A stretch of 64,000 bases of DNA, taken from Camelus ferus (lineage: Eukaryota). A program made the translations under genes and the position numbers. Below are positions 54,860-64,000 of this stretch, piece by piece (the first letter of the stretch is position 1; each line of letters opens with the position of its first letter). Where the stretch lies: NCBI RefSeq assembly GCF_009834535.1, contig NC_045697.1, forward strand, positions 111,602,001 to 111,666,000, written 5' to 3'. The notes under the pieces were generated by a model. The model saw only the letters and a program-made list of their open reading frames with translations, made no database searches and was not told where the DNA came from.

Positions 54860-55115
54860 ATGATGGGGAGGGATAAATTAGGAGTTTGGGATTAGCAGAT
54901 CCACAATACTATATATAAATTACATAAACAACAAGGTCCTATTGTATAGCACAGGGAACTAAACTTAATATCCTGCAATAACGGAAAAGGATATATATAC
55001 ACATATATTCTTATATATATGACTACATATATATGTATATAACTCATTCATTTTGCTGTACGCCTAAAACTAACACATTGTAAATCAACTGTACTTCAAT
55101 AAAAACATTTTTTTA
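54860..55115 (+). mobile_element. LINE-1 3' end within an older LTR-like region (~54690-55500)
   Basis: GGGATAAATTAGGAGTTTGGG...CTGTACTTCAATAAAA. Confidence 0.8.
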
Positions 55116-57532
55116 AGCAGGCATTTGCCATGGATTGGGTGTTTGGGAAAGCAAGAGCAATTCTATGACTGGATGTCATAATCACTTTTACGTAGAAGGC
55201 AGGAGAATTGAAGCGGGGCTAAAGCTGCAATCAGTAAAGAACCAGCAATTACTCTGCTGGGAGAGAGGGCGTTTACCATGTTTACAACTCCATAGTGACC
55301 TTGTTTATGGCTGAGCTCAGACATAATTACACAATGGTCTTATTTCTGTTTCCCTTCATCAGGGACACGCAGTGAGCTCGCCCAAGGCTGGTGCTCCAGG
55401 CACAGGCGTGTAGTCAACAGCAGGGCCAGGTGCGAGGGTGTCCTCCTGAGGCTGATGGAAGGGTCAGACCCGCTCCCAGCTATGAAGGGTGGCTTCTCTG
55501 TTCTCACTGGTGGACATCAGTTTTTATCCTTTTCCCTCCTTCCATGGCCCTTTTCACCTTCCCTGGTCTCATTTTTGCCAGTCTTACCAGATTCAATTCC
55601 AGCTCTCCAGACACTGGGAGAACAGCTCTCCCTCACCAACCCTTTCACAATTAGCTTGTCGAATATACTCATAAAATTTTCCAAGCTTGAATGGACACCA
55701 ATTGCTAGATTTCCCACGAATACATATACGCTTGTTAGGGAGAATACTCCCCCAGACTCCCACAATAAGATAAAAGAAATGGGATTCTTTTAAGTTCCAG
55801 TCCCAAGGGATGAAATTTTGTCTTTTGTATAGTTCTTGGCATATTGTAAATGTTAAGCAAGTATGAAATGGGGTACAGTGATGATCTTGGAGAGAAAAAG
55901 GAGGACGCAGTGGCATTAATAGAGTCACAGGTGTTTAATCTCATTTTAAACCGTTAGAAGAACTATAAGCACCTCTAACAAACTGCTCTCAATGGGCTGT
56001 AGTAAAAAGATGTGGATTTCATGATCATAAGGTCATTAAGAAAACCAAAACACGCAGTTTAGATATTTAGAAATACAGAATCTATTACTTTTAAAGAATC
56101 TTAGAGTGGCCAAATTTGATTTTCCATTGGTTCTAGGTCTGCCTTGAACAGCATGGTTGGGCTGATGGTGATGAAAATGGTAGGTAAAGATTTGTAAAAT
56201 TGGAGTGTTGAATGGTATGATTAAATATATTTAATATATTATATATTTGAATATATTTAAATATACTGTAAATATGCTAATTATCACTAACTATAAGTGC
56301 CTAAATTCTCCATATGCTTTTACTGGCCAGGAAGTAGAAATGTCAAGTCAAACATTTTACCTTGTAAAAAATATTTAATTTGCTCATTAGAAATATTTGT
56401 GACTATCATATATGTGGGGAACCTTCCTACTCCTCCATCAAAAAATCATAATAAAGTTTTGGAAATTATTATCCCTATAAACCAAGTATCTATCAAAATA
56501 ACAGACTGTTTTTGTGCCTGAAGAAGAACAACTACTTTTATTGAAAAGAAAAAGTAAAGAATTGGGATGAAACTAGCCCAGGGGAAAAAGAGAAATCACA
56601 TCAACGTGGCAAATGAAATAGTTCTGGATTCAGAGCAGCTCCTCAAATTCTAGATAGTCTTAGTTCTTCTCTGAAACAATACACTCTTTCAAAATTCTAT
56701 CTTAAAAAAGTAATTTTTCCAAATATAGAATACCTTATTATCCCCTTACTATCCTTACTTCTTAATGTCTCTATATGTTGTCTTCAGACAATATCTATTT
56801 CCAAACAGAAAATGTCTGGAAAGAGAAATACCATAAGCATATAGAGAATCCTCTATTTTTTTGAGGCTAGATTTATTCCAATGTTTATAATCACATTAAA
56901 GCACATGGTTATTCTACAAAGGATTCAAGTAAAATATATGTGTTTTAAGATCTTTACTGGTGTGTTGACAAAATACCGATTCAATAAAACAGGAAACCCA
57001 CATGAAACAGACCAGTAGTGTGCAGATGTAGGCATATTCTGGTTTGTTCCAAAAAACCAAAATCATGGTTGGATAAGAAAAACAACAAGTAAAATCGTAG
57101 ACTTGCCTGTTTATGACATTTAAAATTGAAGTGTGTACCACATGTTTGCCAGTCTTTTTCATAAGCGTTGGGAGAGGGGTATACATAGATTCCTCTAGTC
57201 CCGTTTTACAGACATACAAAAAAAAATGAGACAGTCACCAAGCTCACACTGTGAGATAAAATGTAGGAGTCTAAGCGGGTCTGGAAATGACTGTGCAAAA
57301 AACACACTAGACTGGGCATGTTGCAAAGCACAGTTCTCCAGCCTCTGCTCAGTCTCCCAACCATACTTGCACTTGGTTTCTGTCCCTCCAAGCCTTTAAG
57401 GTCCCAAGCCTCTTAATTTTCATTCAACTTTGTTGTTGAAATATATGTGATTATATGACTCAGGCCTACAACTCTGGTTTTCCTGGCTTTTAAAGCCAGG
57501 TGAATTGTTTATGTAATAATTAAATATAGTAA

Positions 57533-58337
57533 CTACAGTGAGGTATAACCTCACACCAGTCAGAATGGCCATCATTCAAAAATCCACAAATGACAAATGC
57601 TGGAGAGGCTGTGGAGAAAAGGGAAGCCTCCTTCACTGCCGGTGGGAATGCAGTTTGGTGCAGCCATTATGGAAAATAGTATGGAGATTCCTCAAAAGAC
57701 TAGGAATAGACTTACCATATGACCCAGGAATCCCGCTCCTGGGCACATATCCAGAAGGAACTCTACTTCAGGATGACACCTGCACCCCAATGTTCATAGC
57801 AGCATTATTTACAATAGCCAAGACATGAAACAGCCTAAATGTCCATCAACAGGTGACTGGATAAAGAAGATGTGGTATATTTATACAATGGAATACCACT
57901 CAGCCGTAAAAAATGACAACATAACACCATTTGCAGCAACATGGATGCTCCTGGAGAATGTCATTTTAAGTGAAGTAAACCAGAAAGAGAAAGAAAAATA
58001 CCATATGAGATCGCTTATATGTGGAATCTAAAACAAACAAACAAACAAACAAAGCATAAATACAAAACAGAAATAGACTCACAGACATAGAATACAAACT
58101 TGTGGTTGCCAAGGGGGCAGGAGGTGGGAAGAGATAGACTGAGATTTCAAAATTGTAGAATAGATAAACAAGATTATACTGTATAGCACAGGGAAATATA
58201 TACAAGATCTTATCGTAGCTCACAGAGAAAAAAATGTGACAGTGAATATATGTATGTTCAACTGAAAAATTGTGCTCTACACTGGAATTTGACACAACAT
58301 TGTAAAATGATTATAAATCAGTAAAAAATGTTTAAAA
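57533..58337 (+). mobile_element. Young 5'-truncated LINE-1
   Basis: ORF2 C-terminus with one premature stop; 15-bp TSD AATTAAATATAGTAA at 57518-57532 and 58338-58352. Confidence 0.96.
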
Positions 58338-58357
58338 AATTAAATATAGTAAAATCT

Positions 58358-58848
58358 CAATAAAGATGTGGTATATATGTATGTGTATATATATAATATA
58401 TATATTATACATACATTACATACACACACTAAAATATTATTCAGCCATAAAAAGATGAAATCCTTCTATTTGTGACAACATGGATGAACCTTGAGGACAC
58501 TGTGCCAAGTGAAAAAAGTCAGACAGAGAAAGATAAATACGGTATCATCTCATTTATATGTGGAATCTAAAAAACTAATAAATGAACAAACAAAAACAAA
58601 ATAAATGAACAAACCAAACTAGAACAAACCAAACTAATACAAACACGTAGGTACAGAGAACAGAGTAGTGGTTTCCAGAGGGGAAGGAGAGGGTGAAGTG
58701 GGTGAAGTGGATTAACTGTACAGTGACTCATAGAAGCTACATTTTTCGGTGGTGAGCACTCTGTAGGGTGTACAGAAGTAGAAATATAATGTTGTACATG
58801 TGAAACGTATATAATGCTATAAATCAGTATTATCTCAGTTAAAAAAGT
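58358..58848 (+). mobile_element. Older LINE-1 3'UTR
   Basis: TCAGCCATAAAAAGATGAAAT...TGTACATGTGAAAC...TCTCAGTTAAAAAA. Confidence 0.85.
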
Positions 58849-59410
58849 AGCCAAATTTCTGTTGAGTTTATTCAGTGAACAGCAACCAAGCATGATAGAA
58901 AAGTATAGCATACCCTCATTAGGAGAAGGAGAGAATGAAAAGGTGCCTCAACTTCGAGACTGTATTGTTGAAATTTACATGTTCATAGATAACATGTATG
59001 TTTCTGAAATTAAGCTGATTTTTCTGCAACGCCTTTTGAGAGCAGACGTGTTACGAAATTGCACAATCACGAGAATGACATTTAGGTGTGTTCTCTTTCA
59101 GGGTTAACACCCAACAGTTTTATTCAGTCTGTTCATGTGCTTAATTGCCTTCTGTTACTTATTTTTTAATGCAAGAAATACAGGCAGAGATCAGTGAATT
59201 GGAGCAATGATGTTTGGCTTGTACTCCTTCAAATGAGAACAGAGCCTCCTATTTGTGATGAAGTCTACTTTCACCTGCGCTTCCAGTAATCAGCCTCCGA
59301 CCACCTGCGCAGGCAGAGTGGCGGCTCAGAACATTGTTCACGTAAACCAAGCCCGCCAAAATACTGTTTTCTAAAATACAAAATAGTTACTAATTACACT
59401 GATTGATTTT

Positions 59411-59623
59411 CTTTTTTTTTTCTTATTTTTAAATTTAATTTTTTATTGAAGTGTAGTTGATTTACAATGTTAGTTTCAGGTGTACAGCAGAGCGATTCAG
59501 TTATACATATTCGTACATGCATGTATTTTTTCAGGTTCTTTTCCATTATAGCTTATTATAAGAAATTGAATATAGTTCCCTGTGCTATACAGTAGGTCCT
59601 TATTGTTTATTTTACATATACTA
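59411..59623 (-). mobile_element. LINE-1 3' end
   Basis: 16-bp TSD TACACTGATTGATTTT at 59395-59410 and 59624-59639. Confidence 0.92.
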
Positions 59624-60277
59624 TACACTGATTGATTTTAAATATGTATTTTATCCACCAAGTGTTTATAAAAAATTACTTTTTTTAGGTATTTAATATT
59701 CATGAGATAATATGCGTGCGATCCTAGTTATAAAAATGAACGGTTAGAATTACATGGGAAAGACTGAATCAAATTGAACCGGGTCTTGTATTCGGAGAAC
59801 GTTGCGGTGGACCACTGCCTTCATGTGGCACTGACGAATGGAGGTGTCCAGATGCTGAAGGCAGACTTCAAAGCAAGCATTCTCCTGTTCCGATTTTGAT
59901 CATGTTCACATGTTAAGGCTAGGTACTCTCTTTTCTTTCTTTCTGCGGCTTTTACCTCTGGTAGTTATGAAGTACCACCGCTCCTCTCCGTACCTGGCCC
60001 CCATAGTCAGCCCATGGGCTGTGCAGACCAGCTCCCGAGGGGCTCGAAGAACGTGGTTCTATGCGGGCTTAGAACAATGCTGAGTGCCTCCTCGGCTTGT
60101 AGTTTTGCTTTCTCACTGTTTTTCCTCTATAGTTAAGTGCGTTTATTTCTGAAATACTACTCATGTATAAATACTGTCAGTTTCACTCCCAATCATTTAA
60201 CTTGTTCTACCACCAATTCCTGAATTTATTTATTTGACATAATTGCTAAATTTTATCTCCCTGTAAAAGAGGAACTA

Positions 60278-60410
60278 TTTTGTTTGTTTTTTGGTTTTGG
60301 GGAAGGGCGGTTATTATGTTTATTTATTTATTTAAATGGAGGCACTGGGGATTGAACCAGGACCTCGTGCATGCTAGGCATGCACTCAGCCACTGAGCTA
60401 TACCCTCTCC
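60278..60410 (-). mobile_element. tRNA-derived SINE (Vic-1-like)
   Basis: Reverse complement of the same SINE family, with T-rich tail. Confidence 0.88.
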
Positions 60411-62306
60411 TGCAAAAAAGATCTATTTTGGATTTACAGTATATTTAAATTTTTTTCTCCTTATCTTTTAATTTAGATTTACTTTTCCATTCTCTAATAT
60501 ATTTTTCTCAGTTTAATCGTGTCTTAGCTTTCTGAATATGTGCTACTTCGGGTTTGGTGTACTAGGGTTAGGGTCAAATGTTGGCTTATCAATAAATTAA
60601 TTTTAACTAAAAAATATATATATATATATGAAATGTCTTAGCTAGTTTTCAATGTAGTTCACTCTATGTAGCATTGTCCCTCTTTCCATAGCATATTCTC
60701 TCTTTTTACATGTATCTTTGTACATTTTCATCCCTTTAAGAAATGAAGCTCACATTTGTAGTTTTAATGTGGAGGTTTAAAAAACTCACATAACTTGGGT
60801 TGTTCAGTCCTCAGCACTCTTTGTAGACAATACTAGAAAAATGACTGCATTGCAATGACCTCGTAGCTATGTGTTACCTTGGTTTTTTTAACTATCAACA
60901 GAGAGTCAAGGTCCTTCTACCAAACTTGGCTTATGAAATTGGAATTCAGCCCTAAAACCATTGTAATATAGATGAATATGCAAACAGTAACATGTATATA
61001 AATAAAAATCAGTTTAAAAGGAGAAAGTTACAGAAAGATTGTTTGAAAAGAAATAACTTGGGGAACCAATAATTTTATGTGCTATTACTGTCTTTAATTA
61101 GGTGTCGATTCCACTCATCATACTGGCTGCCTTTGCAAGGTTTGTGGTTTTGTTCCTGAGGAAATCTCTTCTGGACCTGCATATGTTGGAAGCAATTCCA
61201 GAATGCCTGGGCTGATGATCAAAAACCAATTTAAAATAATTGTAAGAATTCAAACACTTGGGGAACAACATGGTAATTAGGACGCAGGGAAACTGATGGT
61301 GCTTAGTGCTTACCTCTCTTCCGGCTAGCCTCTATGTATTCAACAGCCAGGTGCTGAATGCAAATATCTTTGCTTTCTGGACAAAAGAAGAAAAAACACA
61401 AAGTTCCAGGCTTGTCTTGATTTTTCCTGCTTCAAGACACAGAATCAAACATTTTGAAAAGCTATGGTTCTTTTTACCTGGGAACAATATTGGAGAAAAA
61501 AGAAAAAACAAAATGGAGCACCAGAACATAGTGTTTACCCACTGCTGGAGGGGAGGAGGCTGCCATCAGAGAAGGCACTTCTCCAGTTACTGCGCTACCA
61601 GCAATAATCTCTCGTAAGGAACAAACGGTGAGTTCTTGTTGTTTTCAGTTTATCTCTGCTTGAGTCCCTTTTGTCCTGCTCTGTTAAGGGGGCTTATGTT
61701 TCCACTTTAGATAGAGTTCTTCTATTTTACATTCACTTTAACGTGCCATACTGTATACTTTCATACCAAACAGTATGTCTTAATTATGTGATGACCCCTA
61801 AAATGTCAAATTCTTAGAAAGTTTTAAACCAGAATGATTCCCTAACACCACCCACCCCCTTACCACCGCCCCCCCCACCAACCCAGGGGAGGTCAAGGGT
61901 TGGGAGGGGGAAGGGAGGTAAGACCACGGAATCTAGACAAGCCAGGAGGGAGCTAAGATGAGAGGAACCTGAGCTTGTGGTATGGCCCAGGGACTGGATG
62001 TCTCCAAGAGGTTGAAGAGTGGGGGTTACTTGAGTAACTGAGCTAAAAGGAAGTAGTAGAGTATTTGAAAATGAAATTTCAGAAGTGGGGATATTTTTGA
62101 GATTAATATCTTGATGGTGGTCACTGATTGTGACCATGGGAAGTGGTGCCAGGGATCAAGTAGTCACTAGAGATGTCTGGGAGCCTTTCAGTCTTACATT
62201 TTAAATTGTTTATTAATGATGGATAAAACAAAGTCGTTTATACACCAACGCTGATTTTTGTATTTGTCCTTGTATTTGATGACCTTACTAAATCTAATTG
62301 GCTCTA

Positions 62307-62752
62307 CTCAGCCATAAAAACCGACAACATAACACCATTTGCAGCAACATGGATGCTCCTGGAGAATGTCATTCTAAGTGAAGTAAGCTAGAAAGAGAAA
62401 GAAAAATACCATATGAGATCGCTCATATGTGTAATCTAAAACAAAAACAAAAACAGAAAAACAAAGCATAAATACAAAACAGAAATAGACTCATAGGCAT
62501 AGAATACAAACTTGTGGTTGCCAAGGGGGCAGAGGGTGGGAAGGGATAGACGGGATTTCAAAATTGTAGAATAGATAAACAAGATTACACTGTATAGCAC
62601 AGGGAAATATACACAAAATGTTATGATAACTCACAGAGAAAAAAATGTGACAATGAATATATACATACATATATGTTCACGTATAACTGAAAAATTGTGC
62701 TCTATACTGGAATTTGACACAACATTGTAAAATGATTATAAATCAATTAAAA
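62307..62752 (+). mobile_element. Young LINE-1 3' end inserted in an ancient minus-strand L1
   Basis: 17-bp TSD AAATCTAATTGGCTCTA at 62290-62306 and 62753-62769; 3'UTR close to the copies at 34.1 kb and 57.5 kb. Confidence 0.94.
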
Positions 62753-63569
62753 AAATCTAATTGGCTCTAATAGATTCTCTTGGATTGTTTAGGGAGATAA
62801 TGATATTACTGACAAATAGTGACAGATTTGTCTCTGCCTGTCCAATAATCTTACTTACCTTATTCTTTTTGTCTTATTGAACTGGCTAGAATAGCCAGCA
62901 AAATGTTGAAGAGTACTAGTTATTATCAGGGCCCACCTTGTTCCCTAACTTTAACAGGACTACTTCTACTGTTTCATCACTAAATGTGGTGTTGCCTATG
63001 GCTTTCCCATGTATGCTCTTTATCAAACCAAGAAGTTTCCTTTTAGTCCCAGTGTATTAAGGTTTTTGTTTTATTTCTCGCTATGAAATTGGGAGTGTGT
63101 GTTACATTTTATCAAATGCTTTTTCATAATTTATGATGTTAAACATGTTTTCCTCCTGTAATTTCTTATTATAGTGGGTCTTACATTAAAAATGCAGATA
63201 CTATTTCAATTCAATTTAATAAATATTTTTGAGTGCTCACTATATGTACAAATGTGTATGTATATACATATATGTATGTGTATATATATCCCTCCGTGTA
63301 TCAAGTTATATTCTAATGAATCCATCTAACTTAGCAATTCTTCTAGGTATTTATGCTACAGATACATGCTTATATGTACCTAGGTTCAAGGGTATTTTAC
63401 TGAAACAGTTTCCCACGTTAAAAAACATTCAACAATAGGCGGGTGATAAAGGAATGATGACATATTCATGAATAGAACACTGTATAGTTATCAAAGAATG
63501 AGGTAAACACATGTGTACTGACACAAAATGTTCTGTAAGATTATTAACTTTAAAAAGAAGTGCATCGTT

Positions 63570-64000
63570 AAAACAGACACATGGGTCAATGGAATAGAGT
63601 AAAGAGCCCAAAAATAAACCCATGTTCTTATGGTCAGTTAATCCATGACAAGGGAGGCAAGAATATACAACGAAGAAAAGACAGTCTCTTCAGTAAGTGG
63701 TGCTCAGAAAATTGGACAGCCACCTGTAAAACAGTGAAATTAGAACATTTTCTCATACCATATACAAAAATAAACTCTAATTGGATTAAGACCTAAATAT
63801 AAGACATGACACAATAAAACTCCTAGAAGAGAATATAGGTAGAACAATCTTTGACATAAATCATAGCAATGCTTTTTGGATCTGTCTTCTAAAGCAAAGG
63901 AAACCAAAGCAAAAATAAACAAATGGAACCCAATTAAACCTAAAAAGTTTCGCACAGCAAAGGAAACCATCAACAAAATGAAAAGACAACCTACTGAATG
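63570..64000 (+). mobile_element. LINE-1 ORF2 3' region, running off the window end
   Basis: [39 protein letters not shown] is an L1 ORF2 peptide. Confidence 0.93.

Noticed and set aside
57482..57500. 19-bp palindrome CCTGGCTTTTAAAGCCAGG, and AT-rich palindromes near 56220-56265
   Set aside because: Too short or low-complexity to distinguish from chance; no miRNA-sized hairpin.
61101..61245. Exon-like stretch (TTTAATTAG|...|GTAAGA) considered as TMEM192
   Set aside because: No frame resembles the recalled TMEM192 protein and the splice sites are weak.

Overview
Mammalian genomic DNA, most likely a camelid (inferred from a recurring tRNA-derived SINE resembling camelid Vic-1 and a shared young L1 3'UTR). 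The left third holds the 5' end of KLHL2 (Kelch-like 2/Mayven) on the minus strand: a CpG-island promoter (~20.85-21.93 kb), coding exon 1 (21178-21153) and exon 2 (8517-8392). Exon 3 was not found and should lie left of position 1. The rest is intergenic, repeat-rich DNA (L1s, many with target-site duplications (TSDs), plus L2, MIR, MER33/MER5A/Tigger and ERV1/ERVL/MaLR LTRs). Nearly all entries in the ORF track are chance or repeat-derived. Main observations: (1) a strong-context upstream ATG opens an out-of-frame ORF overlapping the KLHL2 start across the exon1/exon2 junction; (2) the homologue of KLHL2's alternative first exon has lost its expected splice donor; (3) an ERV 3' mRNA end appears to have been retroposed by L1 machinery (polyA signal, A-tail, 14-bp TSD); (4) an orphan TATA/KLF/CRE promoter with a splice donor lies ~15 kb upstream of KLHL2; (5) a CpG-rich solo LTR carries ARE/AP-1, NRF1-like and NF-kB motifs. 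Gene and repeat family names are recalled from memory, not from database searches. No rRNA, genuine tRNA or CRISPR array was seen.
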